64,000 bases of DNA from Marsupella aquatica (taxonomy: Eukaryota; Plantae; Marchantiophyta): the NCBI GenBank assembly GCA_973895155.1, contig OZ316896.1, positions 8,577,539 to 8,641,538 on the forward strand, written 5' to 3'. The notes under the pieces are model-generated. The model was not told the origin of the DNA. It saw only the letters and a program-made list of their open reading frames with translations, and ran no database searches. Shown here one piece after another: positions 50,882 through 63,470 of this stretch. Numbering within the stretch: position 1 is the first letter of the stretch; each line of letters starts with the position of its first letter. Position numbers and translations under genes: made by a program.

Positions 50882-53800
50882 ATGGCGATCTCGAAAGGAC
50901 TGGTGGCAGTGGTGGCAATTGTTACAATTTGCTGCACCTGTGCCTCCGCCAAGAAGGTCAGTACTGTTATTGCCCGCCGGCCCCACGATCATGATGTTGA
51001 GGAGTGAATTCTTGTCAGAGGGGAGAATTTTGGAGCTGCTAAATTGGACAAAATGTGGATGGAGCTGCTGCGAGTGTTTTAGTTTTCGAACGGGCGAAGC
51101 TAATTCTACTTTGGAACGATGTATTCGCAAATTTTCGGCAGGATTGTTGAATTGAAATTTCTGATAGCTTGCACGAAGGGATAGCAACTCAGTTGGAATT
51201 GGTTTGGGTTTGATTCCCCACTGGGTCCTTACTTCGCTTCTCGCAGGCCGAGGGATTAATTGCTGATCAGACGTGTGGGAAGGATTTGGTGGCCGACGGT
51301 TCTGAGAGATGGGCTGGGGAGTTCTTTCCCAATATTTCCGTTATCAAATACGAGGTGGGCTTGCTAGAAACCTGGAATTTTTGGACATCTTACTGCACTG
51401 CTCTGTATGACATAATTCTCCACTGACTCAAATGCTTTCTCCATGCCAGGGTGCTTCAAGCCGAAACCCCCTGGCGTTCCGATACTACAATGCCGATGAA
51501 GTGGTTCTCGGGAAGAAGATGAAGGTAACAAACAGAATTGAAAACCGTTCCTCGCAACCATGTGAGTTTGACGTTTCAGCTGTGAAACTTATTGACCACT
51601 GGGAATCGAGTTAAGGGAGGAACTGTAAGCTGTCGTGAACCTTAATTTGGTGTTGGGCTTCCTTTTTTCCAGGATTGGATAAGGTTTAGTGTTGCCTTTT
51701 GGCATTCATTCAGAAGTGATGGTGGCGATCCTTTCGGCTCTCCAACCAGGGTGTGGCCTTGGGAAGATGGGACCGACTCTGTTGAGATGGCGAAAACACG
51801 CAGTAAGAACGCCAGGCTGACTCTCTTTTCTTTAAAACGTTCGTCTAAAGCGCTAGCTTCTGGTCAGTTTTTGGGTACATAACATAGCCCAATTTCCATG
51901 CGACCGAGTCCGTTGAGATGGCCAAAGGCACGCAGTGACAACGCCAGGCTGACTCATTTTTCTTTAAAATCCATACTCCTGTAAGCGGTTCTCAGCTGAT
52001 CACTTTTGTGTCCATAGCATAGCCCAATTTATCGGAGATTTTCTTTGGAATCCGGCGTTTGAATGCAGTGCGGGCCAACTTTGAGTTCATTCAGAAGCTT
52101 GGAGTGGACTGGTGGTGTTTCCACGATCGTGATATCGCACCTGAAGGAGCTACCTTAGAGGTAGAGCACTGATTCCTTTGATTTCTTCCAACCTACGGTG
52201 TATCGCAATTTGAGCACAAATTATTTGTACTTCGGCAAATCCTGAAGTGCTATCTCGGTTCAGATTTTGAGCTGGTGGCGTTTATGTTTTGAATGCTAAC
52301 AATTTTAGTACCCAACGCTGCCCACTGTAGGAAAGCAATGCCAATCTCGATGAAGTCGCTGCTTTGGCCAAGAAACTCCAGGTATGTTACCAAGTTGGTG
52401 CTAGGAAAGTATTCGTCGTCTCTCTGCACCTTCACTACCAATTGCTTGCGTGCAGATGTTGACCCACATCAGGAAAATCAAAAGATGCCACCAATCTAAT
52501 CCGTAGCATTCATGAATATGGTGTGGGAAATGAACAGGAAGGCACAAACATTCGTCCGCTGTGGGGAACGGCACAGCTCTTCAAGCATCCTCGCTATATG
52601 CATGGAGCTGCCACTAGGTAGGTGCATCCACAATATATAATTTCTCCATGAATTTCCTTGACCATTCACACGGACGTGTACTAGAGTTGAACGGTATTTA
52701 TGTTTCACTAACGTTTTCCTCCTGATTCGCAGCCCCGATGTCAGAGTGTTTGCATACGCGGCTGCACAAGTTAAGAAGGCTGTTGAGGTACATTTACACC
52801 TCGCACAGGTCTTGTAAAGGAAAGCTTAGCTTGGATGGTGATTTATGAATACAGACGTGTCGCTTGTATAGACGCTGAGCTGCTTGTATTAGGCTTCTTT
52901 TCTTCTTTCGAAAGCAATCTTTATTTGTCAATAAAAATTCTAATACGCCACGGAAGAGGTATTATTAGGCTTTGTCATGCCAGGATCTTTAACTTAGGAG
53001 TTGATTACGAGATGATTGGATCTCAGGTGACCCATTACCTTGGAGGAGAGAACTATGTTTTCTGGGGCGGCCGGGAGGGCTATCAGAGCCTGCTCAACAC
53101 TGATTTGAAGAAAGAACTTGATCACTTGGTAGGATTTGGTTTCGCTAGATGCACTGATATTTTTGTATCGCTTATACTCCAGAGGAACTCGTTGCAAAGC
53201 CTTGGTATATAGACATCGATACTGACAGTTGACGAGTATTCCCCCAGGCCGTATTTCTCAAAGGGGCTGTGGACTACAAGAAAAAGATTGGCTTCGAAGG
53301 AACTTTTCTGATTGAACCAAAGCCCCAAGAGCCCACGAAGCATCAGTAAGTGTTCGTTCCTGCCTTGCTCGGCCTCGCTCTCTTGACAGTGTCCATCTGA
53401 TGTCGAAGGAAAGGATAAGACAGTTGCAGTTAATGTCAGTCTGATGTTTGAGGCAGAAAGCAGAGAGTGGAAAAGTTGAGATTCTGATGGGAGAAGAGGT
53501 TGTTGTCCTTCTTGTCTGCAGGTATGACTGGGACGCTGCAACCTCGATCAGTTTTCTTCAGAAGTATGGTCTTTTGGGTACGTGCCATCAAATAAATTGA
53601 TCACCTGAAAGACATTCAGTGCTTCGACATATTTGGTGATGGGATGCGATCTTTGAACTTCGTCAATATGCTTTCTTGGATCTTCTCTTTACTTATCAGT
53701 GCTTGATTACTTCCAGACGATTTCAAACTCAATATCGAGTGCAACCATGCAACGCTTGCTGGGCACAGGTTTGAATGCTGTGGCCTTTTCTGCAGAGCTC

Positions 53801-55188
53801 CTCATGAATTTATGTATCAAATCATACAAACAAAGAACGCACTCTATTGCTGCTGAGTGAGTTATGTCAATTATAACTACCTCAGATGCTCGGTCAATAC
53901 ACTTAGAGTACTGTTTCCAAGTCCATATTGAAAGAACGTTTGACCGTTCAATGATCTTCATTATCCAATTGCCTAACTATATACCCTGAGGCTGGGTGCA
54001 TCATTGTGTTCTGAATTGCTTGTCGATTAACTTTTTCTGTGGGCAGTTGCCATCATGAAGTAGAGGTTGCGCGAATCAATGGGGTACTGGGTAATGTTGA
54101 TGCCAACACTGGAGACTCCCAGACAGGTTCATTTCCCACTCGTTTCTGAGAGTCAATTATCATCAAGTGGAGAATCTTTCTTGCGCTGCATTACTAAGAG
54201 ACTGTCCTGCCCTTCTGTCCATCTAATCTGACGATTGGATTTACAGGATGGGACACTGACCAGTTCCTCACTAGTATTGAGGAAGCAACCCTCGTAATGC
54301 ACACTGTGATCAAAAACGGTGGTATTGCCCCCGGTGGATTCAACTTTGATGCTAAGCTGTGAGTCCCGTAACTTATATGGCTCTGACACTTCAAACTCTC
54401 CGTCTGCAAAGTTTCTAGTTGCTAGTCTTGTACTGAGACAATACGACTCAATGGACATGTGATGCGCCAAGAGACAAAGGGTGCACCGAGTTACATTTAT
54501 AAAAAAGTTACATCGTAATGGTGCAACGAGAAGTTCGGAAGGGTTTTTATGTGATTTTGTGATTTTGTGATTTTGCGCTTTCTGTACCTCTCAACTTGCC
54601 GTCACTCTCTTGTCACCAGAAGCAAGTCAAATTGACATTACAGATTATGGGTCTCAATTGTGGATGATGAGCAGGAGGAGGGAGAGTATTGACGTGGAGG
54701 ATCTCTTCATTGGGCACATTTTGGGTATGGATGTTATTGCCAGGGGTCTGCGTAATGCAGCAAAGCTTTATGAGGTAATTAGGAAACCGCCCTGTATGGT
54801 CTGCTCAAGGCTGAGGACAAATGTTTAAAATGAACGGAGTTGGATGATTTGTTGAGATTAATAAGACTTGGTCCTGTAAACAGGACGGAGCGTTGACTGA
54901 GCTGGTTAACAAACGGTACGCAACTTTCGACTCAACAGTCGGAGCAGAAATTGAGGTCAGTATGCTTCCTTTTTAGTGTCAGCTGTGAACTTTGCCTGCT
55001 ACGAATGGCGCAGTTGAAGATATCGTTCCTTGTTGTAATAATATGTCGTTAACATTTTTAAACTGTTGCAGGGTGGAAAGGTTGACTTCGAGACTCTCGA
55101 GAAATATGCGTTGGAGTGGGGAGAAGCTCCTCTCATGTCAGGCAAGCAAGAGCTTGCTGAAATGATTTTGCATATGTACACTGCCTAG
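50882..55188 (+). CDS. xylA: Xylose isomerase (plant class II type with N-terminal signal peptide), 17 exons
   Basis: Phase-consistent exons: 50882-50956, 51247-51354, 51450-51524, 51673-51802, 52069-52160, 52331-52381, 52538-52617, 52733-52787, 53027-53128, 53248-53345, 53522-53577, 53717-53768, 54047-54126, 54247-54358, 54675-54774, 54884-54955, 55072-55188. Motifs [61 protein letters not shown]. Confidence 0.97.
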
Positions 55189-57122
55189 ACTTCAAGTCTA
55201 CCGTGGCAAGCAGAAACTGGGCTCAATTTTGCAATCCATGTAGCCCCTCTGCAGCAAAACTGAAGGACTGAGATGCTTTACTTGAATCTTCTGGCTAGTA
55301 GTACTTTTGCTACAGTGTGCCTCATCTACTTCGTTTATAGTTTGATTCATTCTGAAACCCTGATTCCCAAGGTTGGGAAAAATTATAGTTACCAGACTAC
55401 AATCGATAAGGAATTTATAAACCTTTCTCTTTATGAATTAGGTCTCGGCAGCTCTATTTTTACAATCTCAGATGAACTCCCCTTGTTAAAACCCATTGAA
55501 GGGAGGCACAATTTGTTATACGAGCTGCAAATCTTTTATCAATTTTTGGAATGTCAGTTTTTCTTCAAGATGAAAGTACTCGCCTTCAGCCCTGGGTAGA
55601 ATGTACCTTTGCAACAGATGTATTTGATGCTCTGGAGTTTGCATGTTGAGTGCAGAGTGCCTCGATTTTGAATTTGCTCCCCTCTATCCTGCCTCGGATT
55701 CAAACCTCAAAACCCAATTTTGTCTGATAGGTTTCTCTCATGTTATGTGGCTGTACACTAAACTGCAATTGAACAAAACGAATCCATACAGAGAATGTGT
55801 AGAAGGTCAGTTGGAGACATCAGGAACAGGGCTAGTTGGAGAGATTGAACTGTTTTCGGCAGAGTCCCATGCACCGCCGGAAAATAGAAGCTTACCTGTC
55901 ATAGGGAAAGTTGTCAAGTGGTTAAAATCGGCGGACTGTTTGTAAATCTGCTGAAGGTTTCTAGTAAGACTTGTATATGCGCTGAAGGTTTATAGTGAGA
56001 CTTGTATTTAAGGTCATAAATTGAAGTTAGGGTTAACGCTAGGTCTCTACTTCTGCCACACTTGGAAGTGGACCAAAGTTGGTCCAAGACTATATTTGTG
56101 AGGTGATTTGAGCCCAGATCCGTGAATTTTATGGGTATTCTTGGTATGTCAGTTGCATCCGACAAAGAAGGCAAAGCAACGCATATGTTTGGCATGGAGA
56201 CTAGTGTCCATTTTGATTTCGAGGAAGGTTTGGAAGTCTCTTTCAATAGGTGACCCCTTCAATATGTACTACTTAGTGGCCAAGCACCGGGATAGCCTTA
56301 GTCAGCTGGAGCCTTACCATTAAATGAAGCAACTCTTCTAGTCACATTCAAGAATACTTCTTCTGTCAGGGTTCGCCTTCTCTCCGCTAATGCAGTAGAG
56401 AAGATTAAAGACAGATTTCTTCAACAAAAAAATCTGTAGACTCACTTGGCTTTGATTCACCTTATCTGGGTTTATTCTATTTTTCTGTTCTATCTCTTTT
56501 TTGGGTTCGATACACTTCCACCACAATTAGTGTATGTAAGGCCCTACATCGAGTGCGACTTTTTACAGTCTAGACCCCTAACTTATAAGTGAAAATATTT
56601 TTTCTCGCCCTTACTTTAAAGCGACCAATGCTATTTCTTTTACCCCTTAAAAAATTATGGAACTTTTTCTCTTTGATTAAACAAGGTCTATAGAGAAAAG
56701 ATAACTAAGTACCTCATAATTTGGAGCCCACAATTTCACAATTGTGGAATTTGCTCACTTTTCCCACTTGATACAATTTTCTCTGCTTGAATGTACATCT
56801 CACACCTTGTATACAGTCCATACACCATGAAACTAAATACTTGCAGATTTAATTTCATGTTGTCAAACCATCACCTTGTCTATATTGCACTCTGAACTCT
56901 TGAACACTAGACCATGGTGGGTACTAGACACTATAAATAGAAAATCAAACTCTTTTGGTTGCCTATTCAAGGCATCTTTTCTCTACTTTGCTTCTGTCAC
57001 AAATCATTACATGATTAGATTATCTCCATATGAAGGAGAGTACTCCAACTCTTGATTGAGCATAAATCTCAATTTGCCAATTGCCATGCCCTGCCCCACT
57101 CCCTCCCACTATCCTACTCAGA

Positions 57123-57210
57123 CATATACTTACTTCAAAATGTGAAATATACTCACACAACCCACTCATATACTTACTTCAAAATGTGAAATATACTCAC
57201 ACAACCCACT
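57123..57210. repeat. Perfect 44-bp tandem duplication
   Basis: catatacttacttcaaaatgtgaaatatactcacacaacccact occurs twice. Confidence 0.9.
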
Positions 57211-57595
57211 GTCAAGTGAATGATGTAAAAAACTAGAACACAAACATGTGACAGTACTCACATTTTAGATGTATGTGGTCAAAGCCTATCTAGTATATAC
57301 GCTCTCTCTTGTATAGCATGAATGGCTCATGACAATCTTTCAGAGGCAATGGTTGAGGGACCTTGTGGGGGCTGAAATCAACATAGGCCCCACCCCGGCA
57401 CAAAAAAACCAACCAACCCAATTATAAACTCCACTCCTAGTACAAAATTATTCCCGAGAGCAGTGTGCGAGGGCTGTCGATTCCAAAAATTCACTTTTGG
57501 TCAATAGAATTCCTTTTATTCTTTTTGTGATTGGTTAGATTTATTCAAGAGACACTACTGCTCATCTATGAATATAATTGCCATGTGAATACAGA

Positions 57596-57840
57596 CTCGG
57601 GGGGGTCACTTCCATGGAAGTGGCATATTATGTGCGACGAAGTATAGGGCCATTTAAATGGTTTTGGCAGAAGACTTATTAAGTCTTCTATGGAAATATA
57701 TGGTTGTTTAATTGCGAAATGCATACGTGTCATCACATGATTGGTGTCGTACAACTTTCTAGAAAGTGACTTAGGGGGGTCGTAATTCACCCAAACCGTC
57801 GCACGTGATGTATGACCCTTCATATAGTGACCCCCCCGAG
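57596..57840. mobile_element. MITE A (245 bp), 15-bp TIR CTCGGGGGGGTCACT, 8-bp TSD
   Basis: Perfect TIR pair; perfect TSD aatacaga at 57588-57595 and 57841-57848. Confidence 0.9.
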
Positions 57841-57876
57841 AATACAGATATACTTAGGGTTTGGTTAGAGAGGATC

Positions 57877-58208
57877 CTGGGGGGGTGGGATCACTATATG
57901 GAGGGTCATACATCACGTGCGACGTTTTAGTGTTTGACCCCCCTAACTTATAAGTGAAAAATATTTTTTTGCAAAACCCTTTTTTTCTTTAAATTTTGAC
58001 ATTTTTTATTAACAAACCCCTAAAAACTTTAAATAAAGTATTCTTTACAATTAAATAGGCCTATGTGTTCTTTAAAGTCGATCAGTCAATAAAACACGCC
58101 CTATGTGTTTTTCCACCAAACTTTGGAAGTCTTCCGTCACACCCATTTAAATGGGCCTATACTTTGTCGCGCGTGATGTGCCACTTCCGTGGAAGTGACC
58201 CCCCCGAG
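57877..58208. mobile_element. MITE B (332 bp), same family as A, opposite orientation
   Basis: Both ends are reverse-complement homologues of the MITE A ends; diverged 8-bp TSD agaggatc (57869-57876) / agagaacc (58209-58216). Confidence 0.8.
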
Positions 58209-61200
58209 AGAGAACCTAATATATCACAAAGGGCTATTGAGGTTTTAACACAATGCGTCGGAAATCTAGAGTATGTTTTTGTAGACGAGCTATCATTCCT
58301 TTCATACCGTCACATCAACACATAGCAGAGCAAATCTCAATTGCTCTCCGCAAAAGAGCAAAAAAAGATAAACCATTCCGTGGCATGAACATGATCTTTT
58401 TAGACTATGAACAATTATCAAAACCAAGGGACTATCCAATGTACTATGGAGCTCATGCAGAAGAATCACTAAACGCCAAAGATTTGAATATGTGGTTTGC
58501 AAGTGAGTTACAAATACACATGAACAAGACGTCATATGACCCAAACGACACATATCTCGGAAGAAACTTATGGACGTCCATAAATGTGATTAGAACTTTA
58601 ACTGTGCAGAAAAGACAAAATAACATAGAAGCAGGAAACTATTGGCAAGATGCCAAACACTCCAAAATGAACCATTTGATTCAATTTTTTTTACTTCCGC
58701 CAAGAAAAAGCCATTGGGATGAAATCAGGTCCAGATATGATATTCATCAACATGGTCCAACCGGCTATATATTGTAATGCGCCACACTCTCAGGGTTTCG
58801 ATAGATTTCAATGAACTAAAATATCAAGCGAACCTTAATGGCAAAAGATTTATTTGTTGGAAAACACAACTGAAGACACAATTTTCAACAAGCCACATCC
58901 TTAGTTCTCCTTTACAACTCATTGTCGACAATATTTTAATTGACAAAATTCCAAAATGGCAATATTACTACCATGGCATGGCTATTGCTTTCCTTGACAA
59001 TAAATATTTTGATGCAAGAAACGCGACAAACAATCTAGGCTATGCCTTTTCAATAACTCTCAATCCCGACAAACCACCAGATGACATAACAAAACCATAT
59101 TGAACTTTAACATATCTTCCAGAATATGTACTCATTTATGTTCCAAATTCCAGAATGCTTTGTCTCAGACCTACCACAAAAAGTTATTCCTATGAAACAA
59201 AAAAAAACAGTCCAAAAAATTCCGTCTTGGAGATGACAGATACAATTTGCAAAATAGAATGAGTATTTCAAGAATTTCAATAACTAGAATGACAATGCGT
59301 TGACTTGGAGTTCATGCAGTAACACAATTTTTCAGCGAGGGAATGAGCCTTGCCGGAAGGAAATGTATTATAGATGTAAGAATCCTTGCAGGAGGAGGTA
59401 ATATCATAGTCTGCCATGGTTATGCTATGCCATGGTTATGCTATCAAGACACAAAAATGACAAAGATTGGACATTCCTACATACAATTTGGACTCTTGGA
59501 AATTAACTTGAGAGATTATCAACTATTCAAAACATGATTAAATTGCTGAAAAGAGATCCCAACTTAAAAGTAGAACTTAAAAGAATCAATAAAAGAGAAT
59601 ACAATGACACTGAATTAAAACTTCATAATGTACTGGACTACTATCCACACTCAAGGATGATTTAAATAGAGTACATTAATAACAAATAATAAAGTTTTGA
59701 ATTAGTATATTATACACACATCATAAAACTATTTGTTTTGAAATTAAATAATTACAAAATTAACTATTTATATATTTTTACTTAATTAGAATATAAGAAA
59801 ATAAACTAAATTCCAAACCATTTTGTAATTTATTTTTTCATCTCATTAATAACGCATTAAATTTAATTAAATTTTTATGTTTATTTCACTTCAATCTATA
59901 AATAAATTTATTTACTTCAAAATAGTCCACAACCAAGGCCATTTTCTTCACAGCCACTACTAAAATTCTTACACTCATTAACCAGAAACTATTTATTATA
60001 TAATTATAATTTTTGTCAGATACACATATACCAATTGGGTGATGAGATATGTCCCAATTATAAGCTGCCATGTGTCACATACACGTCTAACAATTGAAGA
60101 CCCCTTACTTACCCTAACAAATTTCCATGGAATGTACTCTATTTTATGATGACCTATAGATTTTCTTTAAAGTTGGGGGAAAAACGAGGGGAAAAATAAA
60201 ACCTACTCTATATATTGTTCTTCCTTGAAACTTTGGAAGTCTTTGTCTAAATCATTTCCATGGAAGTGACCCCGAGTGTTAAGTCACCCTAATTGGTGTG
60301 GACAATGTAGTTTCCTATGTCATAGAGTTTACTGGGTTATCAATTTTGTTGATTGTATTTCTTTTCTTTAAATTTATTTTAGAAGGGGAAATTGTGAATC
60401 CCTAGGGAGAGGAAAGCAGTATAAACCAGTTACAATATATAAACCCAAGACCTATGAGTCCATACTCAAGTGAGCTACCACACAGCCATGTCTGTTTTGG
60501 CACAATTGATTCGGTTTTGAGGTGTATGAGACAGATGCACAAAAATCTGTACAGGCAGACAAAACGGCAGAAAGCTTCATACCACAAAATGCAGAAAAAG
60601 TGAAACTCTAATGGATCGGCATGTTGGATACAATTCTCCCATGGATCACACTTTGGTGGTCCATGGGAGTTTTGGGCTTATAACTTGATGAATATATGAG
60701 TCTTAAAAAGAAATTTTAACTTTTTCACCTGCAAGGCAACTAGAGAAGGAGGAGATGTAAAAAACCAAGCCCTCATATTGCATATTAACACAATGAAAAT
60801 GAATCTATTAGAATCTAGTAAACCTTATACCTCTAAGCATTCCAGGATGAACAAACTCAACCAAAATGACCAAAATTTCACTCACTTTCACTTCCACACT
60901 TTGATCCAAGTGTAGCTTACCTGCTCGTCTAGCACATCTTCAAAACTGGCTTCAAAACTGAAATATATTTGAATTTATGAACATCAAGTATTTAAAATTA
61001 AATTCAAATTTGGGAAATGTGGTCCAGGCATGGGGATTTCAAAAGGTCCGTGAAAGCATCATTTTCAAAAGATTGGTCCATGGGAGCATCATTTTCCAGA
61101 ATGCAAAAACACACATCATACGTAGCAAAAATGTTTGAAAGTGTGCACCTGCCAACCCCCACACACACAAATGGATGGACGAGCTTGATGCTTTGACTCT

Positions 61201-61813
61201 GGGGTTCACCTTATGAAATTGTTCTAGTATAGCTTGTGCAAACACTCCTATTTCTCCACTCTCTCTAAAAGGAATAGGATGCTCACAAAACACACCAATC
61301 ATTTATTGACATGTGGCAAGCAATTAATGGTGTGATGGCAAGTGACACTTTTTGAATTGTTACCCCCTTTATACCTCGTTACTTTTAAATACTTCACTAA
61401 AATGAATAAAACACCCTTTACTTGTTTGCACATGATGTATTGTTTGCACATGATGTAAACATTTGTGTAAGTGATCCCCCAGCTTTGACTTTGCTTCCTC
61501 GCATTTGCACTGTAACGTCCACAGGATTTCTTCACCACGACATCATGACCTCGATTACCCTCACTACTAGTCCGACCTTGATTACATACACTGTCTCCAC
61601 AGCATACCCGTAGATTGTGCAACCGAAGCAGGATCTCCCTCAGGGTGTCCTCGCCCGCTGGTTGCTGCCAAGCCGTTGGCTCTTGATAGATGAATAGCAA
61701 TTCTAAGCGCATTTTGTCCACAAGGCTAGGGTCACTGCGGCGTCCTAAATCTCCCGGGAGGTGCGTTCCTTTTGTCACAAACCCCTCGCTCAAAAGTGAG
61801 GTGCACCGCATGG

Positions 61814-61937
61814 GGTAGGGGAGAGTCCAAATGTAATGAAAGCACTTTCGGGAATTCTTGTCTTTCGAATACTTTTGGTATGGGAGAGTCCAAATGTAAT
61901 GAAAGCACTTCCGGGAATTCTTGTCCTCGAATCCTTT
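61814..61937. repeat. 63-bp tandem duplication
   Basis: gggagagtccaaatgtaatgaaagcactt(t/c)cgggaattcttgtc..tcgaat occurs twice. Confidence 0.9.
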
Positions 61938-63118
61938 TCAGCTCGTTCGAGCAAGGCTGAGTGCGGATTGCGTCAGGAGCAGTGAGAACGGCTGCATGGC
62001 TAATGATGAGATCACTCAATATGATGAATTAAAGACTCATTATGATGCACATCCTCGAGGCTGATCGATATGGAGACAAAAACAGTGACGGCACTACTGT
62101 ATTGCTACATTCATTTTGTAATCCATTCGGTTGTGTCCGCATTCAAGCTTTTGGTTACTTTCGAACGACTCTGAAGAAGATCGATAAAGTGAAAAGTCGA
62201 TCAGAGTGGACCAATTGACTGGTGTTGTTGTTAAGCGATCGCTCCGACACTTTGTCCTGATTCGCGTACGACGTATTAAACTGTTCATTTTGATTGAAGT
62301 GCGCACGAGATTCTATAAAGTAAGAATATGAGATCTGCATTTGACTTCAAACTTTCAGTCCTTTGGCGTTGGTGTAATTTGATGGGTTTAAGCGAATCAA
62401 TCTTTACTTTTGCGTCTCATCCGAGCGGTTTGGGACTTTCGGACTTGGCAAAGTACTACCTTGAGCTGTATTCAGCTCCGGGCCCTCTGTACCCAAGTTT
62501 CAGCTGTTGTGAAGGGTTTAAGAATCATGAGCCAAGGGAGACGGCAGACATGCATGCTAGGTAGCCTATCGGTTCGTTGTTCAAACCCGTGAAAAGTGTC
62601 TCCAGGACAGAAAATCGCGAGGGTAGGAGTTGAGATACTGGTACGTGCATTCCCTGCACTGCAGTCCATCCATTTTCCGTGCTTGGACACGAGCCTACAG
62701 TAGCGAGTCACAATGAAAATAATTGGAACGGGATAATTGCATCGCAGGAGCATTGGCATTTCGAACGTCGACTCAATTTTGCCTGGTTCCAGGAATTGCG
62801 GGATCCCATCCCGGATTCATACGGGTTACTGTAAATCCAGTGTTGGCTTCAACGACAATGGGGATGCATTATATTATTTTACTCGATCGAGCGACAATAT
62901 GTGGCGACATGGCTCTCCTAAGCCCGTTCGTTTCATGGGCCTGTGGCAGTCCACGCCACTTGCAGTAGTCAATGTTCCGCACCTAATCCATGTCGTATAC
63001 AGTAAGTAGTATGCCCTCAGGCCGCTACAGTCATCGAGTCGTTTCAGAAGACAATCATCATCCCATTCGTTATTTATTGCTTCAAATGCATCCTCTTTTC
63101 ATATGATGAATAACTATG

Positions 63119-63470
63119 CCCCTTCCTTGAATGAAAAGGGAGATGAAAAAGTCTATAAACAATTCCTGCAAAAAAAGAATGAATTCCATGCTAGATCTTG
63201 TTCATGTTTAATCCCTTGTCTGTTTTTTGTACACCCTCAGTTAGTTGATTGTTGAACATAGATAGAGATAAGACAACAGGAAATCAAAAAAATTAAAGAT
63301 GTGCTAGATCTTTTTCCCCATCTTTGTTTTTTGTCCACCCTCATTTACCCCTTCCTTGAACATAAATAGAGAGGAAGACAAAAAGAAATCCTGCAGAATT
63401 CCATGCTACTTCTCATTCATCTTTGCCCATCCGTGTTTTTTACCCATCTTTATTTTCAATTTTGTTCTTA
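63119..63470. repeat. Degenerate tandem repeat (about 105-bp period, about 3 copies)
   Basis: Recurring ttgaacata.atagaga..aagacaa...gaaatc, atgctagatctt and tgttttttgt.caccctca. Confidence 0.55.

Larger units (their letters stand above)
57540..59600 (+). pseudogene. PIF1-family (SF1B) DNA helicase relic, frameshifted and interrupted by two MITEs
   Basis: Motif II LEYVFVDELSFL (about 58266); motif III KPFRGMNMIFL-DYEQL (cf. PFGG.NVI..GDF.QL); motif IV LTVQKRQ; motif V-like SEGMSL...IID (about 59335); motif VI-like MVMLSR (about 59432). Walker A was not clearly recognised. Confidence 0.75.
56530..60276. mobile_element. Putative large TIR DNA element enclosing a PIF1-like helicase relic
   Basis: 56530-56605 matches the left subterminal sequence of the 57877-58208 MITE (tacatc..gtgcgac.tttta...gacccctaacttataagtgaaaat). 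60227-60276 matches its right end (aaactttggaagtctt...ttccatggaagtgaccccgag). The left TIR is eroded and no TSD was recovered. Confidence 0.5.

Noticed and set aside
50882-55188. Recent bacterial horizontal transfer or contamination of xylA
   Set aside because: Sixteen spliceosomal introns and a signal peptide; xylose isomerase is an established land-plant gene.
57540-59600. Intact host PIF1 gene or canonical Helitron
   Set aside because: Multiple frameshifts and stops; no Rep/HUH motifs or Helitron hairpin-CTRR end were recognised. A Helitron origin of the fragment is not excluded.
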